Of a DNA stretch of 64,000 bases, positions 46,556 to 59,400 are shown piece after piece. The DNA is taken from assembly GCF_006345805.1 (NCBI RefSeq), contig NC_043002.1:113770001-113834000 (forward strand), given 5' to 3'. Source of the stretch: Octopus sinensis. Taxonomy: Eukaryota. Numbering within the stretch: the stretch's first letter is position 1; each line of letters starts with the position of its first letter. The notes beneath the pieces were generated by a model. It saw nothing but the letters and a program-made list of their open reading frames with translations, was not told where the DNA came from and searched no databases. A program made the position numbers and the translations under genes.

Positions 46556-49500
46556 CTGGAAATAGAAACAAATGGAAGGTGGGGGTCATCATTTCTGCTG
46601 GTGGAGGGTTTTGTTTCATGTAGAGCTACAAAAGCTCAGCGACAGCCATGGAAAGAATGGAAGAAAGCAAGGAACAATATCAGAAAGCTGGGCATCAGAT
46701 ATATTTGGTGAGGAGAAAAACAAAAATTAAGTGGTTTACAAATGTTCTGTGATGAGAGAATCAACAGAATAAGATGTCGTGGAATGCAAAGCACTTGCAT
46801 CAGGGCCATTGTTGCTGAAAAGTATTGGAGGCACAGGCATGGCTGTACAGTCAAAAAGTGGAGGCGCAATGGCCCAGTGGTCAGGGCAGCGGACTCGCAG
46901 TCATAGGATCGCGGTTTCGATTCCCAGACCGGGCGTTGTGAGTGTTTATTGAGTGAAAACACCTAAAAGCTCCACGAGGCTCCGGCAGGGATGGTGGTGA
47001 TCCCTGCTGTACTCTTTCACCACAACTTTCTCTCACTCTTACTTCCTGTTTCTGTTGTACTTTATTTCAAAGGGCCGGCCTTGTCACTCTCTGTGTCACG
47101 CTGAATATCCCCGAGAACTACGTTAAGGGTACACGTGTCTGTGGAGTGCTCAGCCACTTACACGTTAATTTCACGAGCAGGCTGTTCCGTTGATTCGGAT
47201 CAACCAGAACCCTCGTCGTCGTAACCGACGGAGTGCTTCCATAATCCCACAGTCAAGAAGCAACTACATTGTTTTGGGTTCAATCCCACTGCATAGCACT
47301 TTGAACGAGTGTCTTCTACTATAGCCCCAGGCCAACAAGTGAATTTGGTACATGGAAAAAGTTTGGAAACCTCTTATGTATGTGTGTGTGTACATATACA
47401 TATATATGTGAGTGTGTATATATATATGAGTGTGAGTCAATGTGTTAGTTCTTCCCCAGCAATACTTGACAGCCTGTGTTGGTTTGTTTACATCTGCATA
47501 ATTTAGTGGTTTGGCAAAAGACACTGATAGAATAAGTAGAACTTAAAATGCAAAAGACAAGCGAGAAAAAAACAAACAAGGTATGAAATAACAGTGTCAT
47601 GTAGACCCTAACCCTTATATAATACCAAGAAGAAAGAATTATAGAAATGCCATTTATTGAAGGTTAGTGAGTGAGGAGAACGCTCAAAAGAGAGAGATAG
47701 AGAGATTATACTAAATACAGTCAACCATGGAACAGCTATATTGTCAAAGGGATAATCACCAAGATGCTGTGAATATCCAGTGATGCCCAATATTTGGATT
47801 GAATTTGCTCATCCAGCCAATCATCAGTCCAATGCAGTTTAGTTACCTTTAATACCACTTTCACCAGTGGCTAAAGGAGCCATGATGACCAGTCAGTCAT
47901 AGCTGATTAAGAAACATAGTATGGTGACTAAATAAAAGCAATTACATATAGAAACTGCAGTTAGCAGACATCTGAAGTACTTCAAAGAGAGAAGAAACAA
48001 TTAGTAGCTAAACTTGTAAATTTGGGTGCAATGCAACTTGTAAAATGAAATTTGCTCCTCGTTTCTTTTATGAGGACCTTTTTCTGTTACACATGTGGTT
48101 AGGAGGCAAGCTTCTTATTTCTTTACTGCCCACAAGGGGCTACACACAGAGGAGACATATGGATTAAGTCGACGACATCGACCCCAGTGTGTAACTAGTA
48201 CTTAATTTATCGACCCTGAAAGGATGACAGGCAAAGTCGACCTCAGCGGAATTTGAACTCAGAACGTAACAGCAGACGAAATACCTATTTCTTTACTACC
48301 CACAAGGGGCTAAATACAGAGGGACAAACAAGGACAGACAAGTGGATTAAGTCGATTACATCGACCCCAGTGCGTAACTGGTACTTAATTTATTGACACC
48401 GAAAATATGAAAGGCAAAGTCGACCTCAGCGGAATTTGAACTCAGAACGTAATAGCAGATGAAATACCTATTTCTTTACTACCCACAAGGGGCTAAATAC
48501 AGAGGGATGAACAAGGACAGACAAGTGGATTAAGTCGATTACATCGACCCCAGTACATAACTGGTACTTAATTTATTGACACCGAAAGGATGAAAGGCAA
48601 AGCGGAATTTGAACTCACAACGTAATGGCAGACGAAATATCGCTAAGCATTTCACCCGGCGTGCTAACGTTTCTGCCAGCTCACCACCTTGCCACACAGA
48701 AATAGTTGATTAAATTGATTACTGTACTTGACCAGTACTGGTGTCCAGCAATGGATGGACTGAGGTTAGACAACAACTCATGAAACAACATTAATAATGT
48801 GAAACATTATCAAGCCCAAAATGTAAAGTAACGCAACTAAAGAATGCAGAGAACAGGGATGTAATGTTGAGTATTGCCATCTAGCAGTGGGGGTTAGAGG
48901 CTTCATTGATAGGAAAATGAGAACGCTATTCAAAAGAAAATCTGTTTTTTCTAGCTCTGAGCTGCAAAAACTAATAAGGAGAGTACAGGAGGCTGTCAGA
49001 AAAGCCAGCTTCTATTATATGGCTGAAGCGGGAAGACCAAAAATGGCTTGAAAGTCATAACATGCCGGCGGGAAATAACATCACTAGGTGAGACAAGCTG
49101 ACTGACAGACAGTGGTCATTTAGAGAATGCGCGGGCAGAGACTACACGCCTTCATTGGTCAGTTAAGGTGAGACAGGGTCACGTGACAACATGCTGGGGC
49201 TGCCTGCTGGAGCCTAGCAGCAGGTATTTAAAGGGAAAAATTTGACAAGTCAGTTAGTCACCGGCTGACACTCACTGACGATACATCAAAAAGGTCAGGG
49301 AACAGAAGAAAGAAGACATGCACCCAACTCCAGAGCTGAAGACACCTCCGAAAGGAAGTGGGGGCGCCACGTCAAAGCGGTAGAGGAGTAGGGGGCCGAA
49401 ACCGGACATGGTTCCTCCTGATGATGTCTTGAGCTAACTGGATCCTATAAAGGAGCTGTTGTGGTAGCAGACCACGAAACACAGTTGTAATTCCTAAGAT

Positions 49501-52500
49501 CTACTGATTCAGTCATCATGTTCTAATAATGGTTTCAAATTCGGGGACAAGGCCACCAATTTTAGGGGTGGAGTTAAGTTGATTACATTGACTCCAGGGA
49601 TCAACCAGTACTTATTTTATTGACCCTGAAAGGATGAAAGGCAAAGTTGACCTCACTGACATATAAACTCAAAACATTCTGTTTGGCATACCAATTATTC
49701 TGCCAGCTTTGCTCCCTTTTCACAGCCTAATAATAATAATGAAAAAAGAATTTTTTTCATGCTCTGCTTGAGAAGATCCAACAAGCCACGTGAAATCATA
49801 GTCGTGACCGATGTCGGTGTCATGTAACAGATACTTGTGCCAGTGGCACATAAAAAGCACCCTTCGAACGTTGGACCTCATGCGGGTGACAAGTGACTGA
49901 GACCTTTGGCGATATGCCATGCTTGAGAAGACTCGTCAAGCCAAGTGAAATTATAGTTGTGGCCGATGCTGGTGTCATGTAACCCGCACCCATGCCAGTG
50001 GCACGTAAAAAGCACCCATTACGCTCCTGGAGTGGTTGGCACTAGGAAGGGCATCCAGCCATAGAAACCATGCCAAATCAGCCTGGAACCAGGTGCAGCT
50101 TACCAGTTTCAGTCAAACCATCCAACCCATGCCAGCACGGAAAGCAAATGCTAAATGATGAAGTTGATGAATACCTTTTGTTTCAGAAAACATTTTTTTA
50201 AAAGAATATTATTGTAGGATGTGCTTATAAATACCTGTTGATCGTGGTAATTTGCATTGATAGCACTGTCCAAGAAAGTGTTTTTCTCATCTTCATCATC
50301 GTTGTCGTCATCTGATGAGTCATCAGCAGATGAATCTCCATCATCATTTGTTGGGCAATCTGAAATTAAATAGTTAAATGCTGAATCCTTTATTTATAAC
50401 AGAGACAAAATTTCAAATAAGGCAATCAACGAATGAACAAAAGCTAATGAAAATGATTAAATAAAAAAAAGAATGTTTCCATATTTATAAGTGCAGGCGT
50501 GGCTGGGTGGTAAGCAGTTTGCTTCCCAACCACATGGTTCTGGGTTCAGTCCCATGGGCAAGTGTCTTCTACTATAGTCTCGGGCTGACCAAAGCCTTGT
50601 GAATGGATTTGGTGGGTGGAAACTGAAAGAAAACTGTCATGTGTGTGTGTTTGCCCCACCACCACTGCTTGACAACAGCTGTTGGTGTGTTTATGTTCCC
50701 GTAATCTAACAGTTCAGCAAAAGTAACCAGGAGAGTAAGTACCAGGCCTAAAGAAAAACTAAGGACTGGGGTCAACTCATTCAACTACAAACTCTTCAAA
50801 GTAGTGACCCAGGATGGCTGCAGTCTTCATTAGACTGAAACAAGTAAAAGATAAGCAACAAGAGGTTCACAAAGATGATACTTCATTTCAATTCGAAATT
50901 GAGTTGTGATACTAGTTTCTCCATGCTCAAAAACCATGAGGGAGAGCAGCAAACATTCAAGGGGCCATGTAAACTGATCCTCGATGCTGCAGGGTTTTTC
51001 TTCCTGCCAGCATTTGGTATATTAAAAGTGGGAGTCAGTCTATGTATCTAAACCCTCTCTTTAGTCTTGGAGGTCTGACCACAGTGACTCAGCAGACTAA
51101 GACAGCTGTGGTGACCAGCAAGGTGTTGGCTTTACATTGACATGGCCTTCTGGGTGGATTGCCTTACTTACTAACTCCACTTACCCTGGAGTTACTGGAA
51201 GGGTATCAAAGAGGATGTCAGACCATTGGAGGGATGCCCACTCTTGGATTTGCTGTTGAGGTTGTCTATCCTAGCCTTTTCCTTTCTCAAGGCAGTGAGG
51301 GTTTGTGCTTGGAGTTTCTTCCATAGCTGGGACCCTAACAGGTGCTACTACTCTGGGCCAGAGTAGACCTGAGAGCAATAGTGGTTAAAAGGTGCTCCCA
51401 CACTCCCCAAAACCCTGGAACTGCCAAACCAGGGCCCCACGACTAGATGCAGTTTGAAGTCATACTCAGGACTGAGTAGCAGTAAAAGAGTAATAAATGA
51501 ATGTCTTGAGTACAATACTGACATTTACAAAGGTAAAGATTCACAGAAAATCTGATATCTAATGAAAATAGATAGGCGCAGGAGTGGCTGTGTGGTAAGT
51601 AGCTTGCCTACCAACCACATGGTTCTGGGTTCAGTCCCACTGCATGGCATCTTAGGCAAATGTCTTCTGCTATAGCCTCGGGCCGACCAAAGCCTTGTGA
51701 GTGGATTTGGTAGATGGAAACTGAAAGAAGCCTGTCGTATACATGTATATATATATGTATGTGTATGTATATGTTTGTGTGTCTGTGTTTGTCCCCCTAG
51801 CATTGCTTGACAACCGATGCTGGTGTGTTTACGTTCCCGTCACTTAGCGGTTTGGCAAAAAGAGACCGATAGAATAAGTACTGGGCTTACAAAGAATAAG
51901 TCCCGGGGTCGATTTGCTCGACTAAAGGCGGTGCTCCAGCATGGCCACAGTCAAATGACTGAAACAAGTAAAAGAGTAAACTGAAATAATAAGTACAGGG
52001 TGGGCCAAAAGTCACGCACCAAAACCTTTGACATTTTATATTACATTATTATTATTATTAGTTATTTATTTTGTTCATCATGTAAAAGTACATGTGTATT
52101 CATCCCTTTTTTATTTATTTTATAAAATTTTAGAAGAATTGAAGGATGCTTTGACAATTCCAGAGCATATTGAACTTGTTTTGTGTGTGTCTTTTGGCCC
52201 ACCCAGTATCAAAAGTTTTTCCTTAAGACATAATGAAATACTTGTGGCAGGAACTGCTCTTAGACATATTTATTCCATTTCTTTAAAAGCATGATTAAGA
52301 AGTTGTTTGATCTTCTAGAAGTATCAAAATCTTCTACAAACCACCATACCCTACCCCAAATAAAAAAAAATAACATTAAACTGTATAGTTGCTGATAAAC
52401 AAAAAAACATGAAAAAGTCATGGTTGGACTGCTTTTGATCATAAGTTTCTTCATGATCAGTGTTGACTTGAGGTTAAACAAGAATTTATCAAAATTTACT

Positions 52501-52901
52501 TGTGAAGAAAATAGGTTTTAAAAGGGCCAACATTCTATCACACCATCTTTTACAGCATTTCTCAATGGTAAAATCAATGAGGATGGTCAAAACAATAGGA
52601 TATCAAATAACCAGCTGAAAGGTTAATGGTTCAGATTCTCTTGATGGCACTGTGTCACGTCCATGGTAAAAACATTTATTAGTCAATTCACCTGACCCTA
52701 TCTAGGTACAATAAGGGGTATTATCCACCCTTGTAAGCAACAGTAGGAGTGGCTGTGTGGTAAGTAGCTTGTTTACCAACCACATGGTTCCGGGTTCAGT
52801 CCCACTGCACGGCACCTTGGGCAAGTGTCTTCTATTATAGCCTCGGGCCGACCAAAGCCTTGTGAGTGGATTTGGTAGATGGAAACTGAAAGAAGCCCGT
52901 C

Positions 52902-52947
<46 letters not shown>

Positions 52948-53539
52948 ATATGTTTGTGTGTCTGTGTTTGTCCCCCCAACATCGCTTGACAACCGATGCT
53001 GGTGTGTTTACGTCCCCATAACTTAGCGGTTCGGCAAAAGAGACCAATAGAATAAGTACTGGGCTTACAAAAGAATAAGTCCCGGGGTCGAGTTGCTCGA
53101 CTAAAAGGTGGTGCTCCAGCATGGCCGCAGTCAAATGACTGAAGCAAGTAAAAGAGTAAGTATTTTTTTCATTCTTCAAGCCTACAACCTAAACCTGCTG
53201 ATAAATGAATTCCAATGGAAAATGCCAAGAGCAGCCATGAACCTACCACACACACATCACCATTATCATTGTTGTTGTTTCAACTTTTCCACGATTGCAA
53301 TGGGTCAGAAGATAGAGCTAATTGGGGCAGATTTTCTATGGCTGAATGCCTTTGTGAATGTCTGGGAATCCAACAGACGGCAGATATGGTGTTTTTACAC
53401 CTTTTGCCATAAGACTGAATTGTGTTCTCCATGGTAACTGCAGTGAATTTGTCTTTAGAAGCTGAGGTTTATCACAAACATATTTTAATTCAGCTAAATT
53501 TCAGTTATGCCTAAACATTGCTTGGCACTGACACTGCTG

Positions 53540-53592
<53 letters not shown>

Positions 53593-54960
53593 TTTGAGGG
53601 AACATTATTCCTAACTTACAGGGAAAAATTCAATTTAGAAATACTAAATCAAATTTCACAAAATATAATATATATATAAAAATTAGAAAAAAAACACCTT
53701 TTATCAATTCAAAATGAATAATTAAATTACACCATCTAGACAATTACATATAATAGAAATATTAAAATTAAATTGCAAAATAACAATAAAAACATATATT
53801 TGGTAGAATAACAAATATATACGTTTTTATTATTTTGCAATTTACTTAATCATCGGTATATTATTGTTATTTTAATTTTAATATTATATGTAATTTTCTA
53901 GATGGTGTAATTTAATTGTTCATTTTGAATTGATAAAAGGTGGTTTTTTTTCTAATTTTTATATATATATATATATATAGCATGACCAGCAAATTTGAAA
54001 GGTAAACACATCTATATTTAAAGGTCCTTTTTATATCTAAGGCGCGGTAAGATGATAAAGAAGTAAAGAAAAATGAGGCTTAAGATTCTCACAGCAGCTG
54101 ATGCTGCAGAGGCGAGTAATTAACAGATTCTTGTTTTCCTGACTCTTTGTCATTTCTATAATGATGATATATGCAATGGCTGGTCATGCTATAAATAATG
54201 ACTTGAAACTGCAGCAGCAACAGTGTCACTCTGCAAAATTTGAGGTTACACAAACCTGCCTGGTTAGTGTGAATGAAGGAAATACTCACAAATGTCAGTC
54301 GGTGAAGTAGCAGCTGAACTGTTATTTTCACATGCTTGGTAACAGTTGTTGCACACCCTCTGAGGTTTTGATGATTGCTGTGGGAGAAGAAGCTTACTGC
54401 TGGAGCATGGGTTACATACTACGATGCCACATTTCCGACAGTGATGCTGCAAAATAAAAAAATATATAAATAAAGGTTAGGTGTAGAAGTGGCTGTGTGG
54501 TAAGTAGCTTGCTTATAAACCACATGGTTCTGGGTTCTGTGCGGCACCTTGGGCAAGTGTCTTCTACAATAGCCTCGGGCCGACCAAAGCCTTGTGAGTA
54601 GATTTGGTAGATGGAAACTGAAAGAAGCCCATTGTATATATGTATATCACGTGATCACGTGACCGACCAGTCCATCAGATGTAGTTACACATCGCTGGTC
54701 ACAATGCGTTTGCATTGTTTTAGCCTTCGAATGATGCCACCCTGCTGGCTAAGCGAGCAGGCCAACAGTAGAAAGAGTGAGAGAAAGTTGTGGCGAAAGA
54801 TTACAGCAGGGATCGCCACCACCCCCTGCTGGAGCCTCGTGGAGCTTTAGGTGTTTTCACTCAATAAACACTCACAACGCCCGGTCTGGGAATTGAAACT
54901 GCGATCCTACGACCGCGAGTCCCCTGCCCTAACCACTAGGCCATTGCGCCTCCACATATT

Positions 54961-54998
<38 letters not shown>

Positions 54999-56433
54999 AT
55001 AACAAATTAATAGATAATGTGTATATGTTTGTCCCCCCCAACATCGCTTGACAACCGATGCTGGTGTGTTTACGTCCCTGTAACTTAGTGATTTGGCAAA
55101 AGTATAACCGATTAGTGCACATGAACTTTGACAACAAAATCTTACGTGGATCCTGGCTGCAAACCCCTGCAATAAGCACCAGGCCACATGCTTTCTCGTT
55201 CTCTCTCTCACACACACACAGCCTAGGGACATTTGTTTCGTCTTTCTATTGGTTCTAATTTTTTAAATACCATTAATTTACTGTTTCCTCATCTATCATA
55301 AAATTTTCTCATTAAGATTTTTTTAAAATTATTATTATTCTATATTTTCTATAATTGTTTATGAATTCAATGATCATATTGATTTCTGGTGAATTTAATG
55401 ATCTTGTATGGCTCACATGAATTTAATGATCTTTATGATGTGGGGTTTTGCTTTTTATGAATTTAATGATTTTAATTATTTCTATGAATTTAATGATCTT
55501 ATGTGGCTTGCTTGGTATCATGATAACCCTTTCTTTGCTTCTGACCTCTGTTGCTAATATGCAACCAAGCCAATCTTGATAATCTGGCATTCAATTTATT
55601 CACCTTGATAGCCTCCTCTCTACTCAGTATTTCAATCACTGACCAATAACAAGAGACAACAATTCTTTAGCCATCACAAAAGCAACCTGCCTAGGTGAAG
55701 AGCCATTCACAATAGAAACTAATATCTCTTTAGAGCACAGACTCTTTTGTTACCATATTTTCACACAAATTTAGTAAAAGTAACTTTGTCATTATTAAGC
55801 TGGTGTTTAGGACACAAATTAACATGAAATCTTGATGGAAGGTTTTTTTAATTTATCATTCAAATTACTCTATCAAATGTAATGCATATCTATTAATATT
55901 GTTTTATACCAATCAAGCATTGTCTCATAGCTCCAAGATTTCAATGATCTGATTGTTTATTTTTAGAATGACATTATAGGCTAGGTGTGAGAAGCTGGAT
56001 ATGGCTGGTTTGATCATAAAAGAAGTAGAATGTTTGGGCTGGATATGGCTAAAGGGCTAAAACAGGAAGTTTTATTACGCAACAAGGGGCAATCACAGGC
56101 AGTTTGGTATTGAAAGGGTTTAGATGCCACACTAAGTACACAGCTAGTGGTTAGGATAAGAAAGCTACCCAGTTTAAAATACAAGTCAACATAGTTAAAC
56201 AATCCCCACTACAGGCAGCAACAACTTTCTTAATTTCAGGTCCACTACTGTTGCTATTGGGATTGAAGTAGATCTCAGGATAATGAATGGGTCTTGCAGA
56301 AAACATAATGAAAGACCAAAGCAAGTGGCAATATGCTGTACAACAAATCCATTGAACTCATGCTAACGAAGAAAATTACGTTCAAATGACAATTGCTAAT
56401 GAAGATAATAATTGTGTGTGTGCAAGTGTTAAT

Positions 56434-56481
<48 letters not shown>

Positions 56482-59400
56482 TAAGGGTAGAAATTGATAT
56501 TTATCAATTAAGACCAGTGGTCTAGCATATTAAAAAAGAATCCGAAGATTAAAATATTTATATATACCAATTAAGGACTGAACACGCCAAAGTAAAGGCA
56601 TTTGAAAGATATATTCAAATGTAATAGGCTGAACTCCATGCACGCGATATTCCGGTATCGTGTTTGCATCTAGTCCAGCAAATTACATTTATAACGGACC
56701 ATGCTGATGATGGCTGCAGTTTTCCTTGCGGAAAATAACAGCTGAAACTAATTTAGTACATGGGTAATTATTTTATTTCGTATATTTTTCACTTGTTTAT
56801 TGCTATGGTTTTGTGTTGAGTTTGATCTGAGAACATAATCTTTTGTGGTGAATGGCGATTTGACGTCTATATCTAGCATGTTGACTGTCCACTTTTCGTG
56901 TTCAGTCCTTAATTGGTATATATATATATATATATATATAATGAGACAACTGTAATAGTAGAGAAGAACAAAACATCGATTTATTAAACAAAACCTCCCA
57001 GGCAGGTTGCTTTTGTGATGGCTAAAGAATTGTCTCTTGTTATTGGTCAGTGATTGAAATACTGAGTAGAGAGGAGGCTATCAAGGTGAATAAATTGAAT
57101 GCCAGATTATCTATGTGCCACAAAACTAGCTTTTGTAGAGGAGGGGTTCAATCTATTTATTGAGTCCAGTAACTATTATGATGCTTGCTTTAGATAAAGT
57201 TGACTCCCAACAATACTTTAAAATTCAGAGCATTGAGGCGAGTCATTTTGACTGGGTTGTCTTTCTCCAAGCTCTATGGGAACATGAGCTAACTCTGCAA
57301 GTTAATGAAACCTTCATTAATTACTAAATGTTACTAATGGCTACAAGCTGCACTTTTTTTTATGTAACTATTTTCAAGTAGGTTAATGAAATCATTCGAA
57401 GTTAAGTGTTATAACCACGCTGCAGTATCAGATTAAAAAACAAACTCAATGAAGAGACAGGCGCAGGAAAAAAAATCAATCAATCATAGGCGCGTGAGTG
57501 GCTGTGTGGTAAGTAGCTTACTTACTAACCACATGGTTCCGGGTTCAGTCCCACTGCGTGGCAACTTGGGCAAGTGTCTTCTATTATGCTGGAGCACCGC
57601 CTTTAATCGAGCAACTCGACCCCGGGACTTATTCTTTGTAAGCCCAGTAGTTATTCTATCGGTCTCTTTTGCCGAACCGCTAAGTAACAGGGACATAAAC
57701 ACACCAGCATCGGTTGTCAAGCAATGCTAGGTGGATAAACACAGACACACAAACACATATATACATATATACAACAGGCTTCTTTCAGTTTCCGTCTACC
57801 AAATCCACTCACAAGGCATTGGTCAGCCCGGGGCTATAGCAGAAGACACTTGCCCAAGATGCCATGCAGTGGGACTGAACCCGGAACCATGTGGTTGGTT
57901 AGCAAGCTACTTACCACACAGCCACTCCTGCACCTGTATATATATATACATACATATACACATACATATATATATATATTATATATATATATATATATAC
58001 ATATATATATACATATATATATACACATACATATACACACTTTCATCCATATTCACTGGCACTCCATCAGTAAATATGACTAGGGTTCCAGTTAATCCAA
58101 TCAACTGAACAGCCTGCTTGTGAAAATAACATGCAAGTGGCTGAGCGCTCCACAGACATGTGTACCTTTAACACAGTTCGCAGGGAGATTCAATGTGACA
58201 CATAGCATGACAAGACTGTCCCTTTGAAATACAGGTGCAACTCATTTGAGACACCAGCAAAAGAAGAAATAAAGATAGACTTTTTTTCTATTCCAAAGAA
58301 AAACGATTTTATTCACGCAAATATGCAACCGAAGAGTTTAAAGTACCAGTAAGTACATTGCAACAGCTGATGTACTTGCGCATATAAATGCACGTTCCAA
58401 TGGCTTTATCAATCGCATTCTCACCTGGAACCGATTTTTGTAATTTTTTCAAGACTTATACACGCCCTGATATCGTCGGTATCTACATATCAAATTTGAG
58501 TGCAATCGGATGGAGGATGCCCGAGATCCTAGAAGACACACACACACACAGACAGACAAACAGAATGGATTTTATATAATAGATATATACACACACAAGA
58601 GATTTTTATCAGTTTCCATCCACAAGGTTTTGGTTGGCCTAGAGCTATAGCAGAAGATACTTGCTCAATGTGTCATGTAGTGGAGCTGAACCCAAGAGAA
58701 TATGGTTGGGAAGCAAGCGTCTTAATTACACAGCCACACCTGTGCCTATAAACTATACAAATTTCAAACTCGTTTCCAAATCTGTTGATAGAAGTTTTTT
58801 AAAACATGATTTTCACTTAGAACTCTCTGCCACCAAACCTGTAATTCAGAATACAATATCAACAAAGTAGCTTCAACTATCTTATTAAATAAGTGTTTTT
58901 GGTTAATACTGCAATTTATTTAGTTGTATATTCAGTTACCAATACAGGCTTAGGGACAGGGAAAGTGAAAAAAATATCAATAATATGAGGTCAATTCATT
59001 TGACTATGTTTATTCTAGGAATCAATTAGCCTTGTACTACTCAGAAGAAAACAAAGTTGAAATATCTGAATAACAGTCAGAAAGAGAAACTGCTGGACCA
59101 CTCACCCGTCTGTTAATAACAGAGAAAACGGATTTTTTACAAAGCATACATTCAGATGCATCTGAATCTGGCACCCAAACTGGGCAGTTCAGATCTGGTT
59201 TTTGCTCAATTCCTCCTGAAAAAGAAGCAGAAATGTTTAAGAGAAAAGGTGGGGTGGCAGGTATTCAATTCTAAAGAAGTATGTTCTGATATAGAATTCA
59301 ATTTGTTAAAAACAACAGCTGAATCTCTCTCAAATCACATCCATTCATCTTTAAAAAAAAAGGAAAGTCACATTGGATAATGTAGTCCTAGATAAACTTT

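Noticed and set aside
49385-49432. CGAAAC ... CTGATGA hammerhead-like words in the R2-type 3'UTR
   Set aside because: No stem I or stem II can be formed in any hammerhead topology.
59150-59167. 18-bp perfect palindrome ATTCAGATGCATCTGAAT in a PLEKHF2 exon
   Set aside because: Explained by codons for DSDASE; a single short palindrome is plausible by chance.
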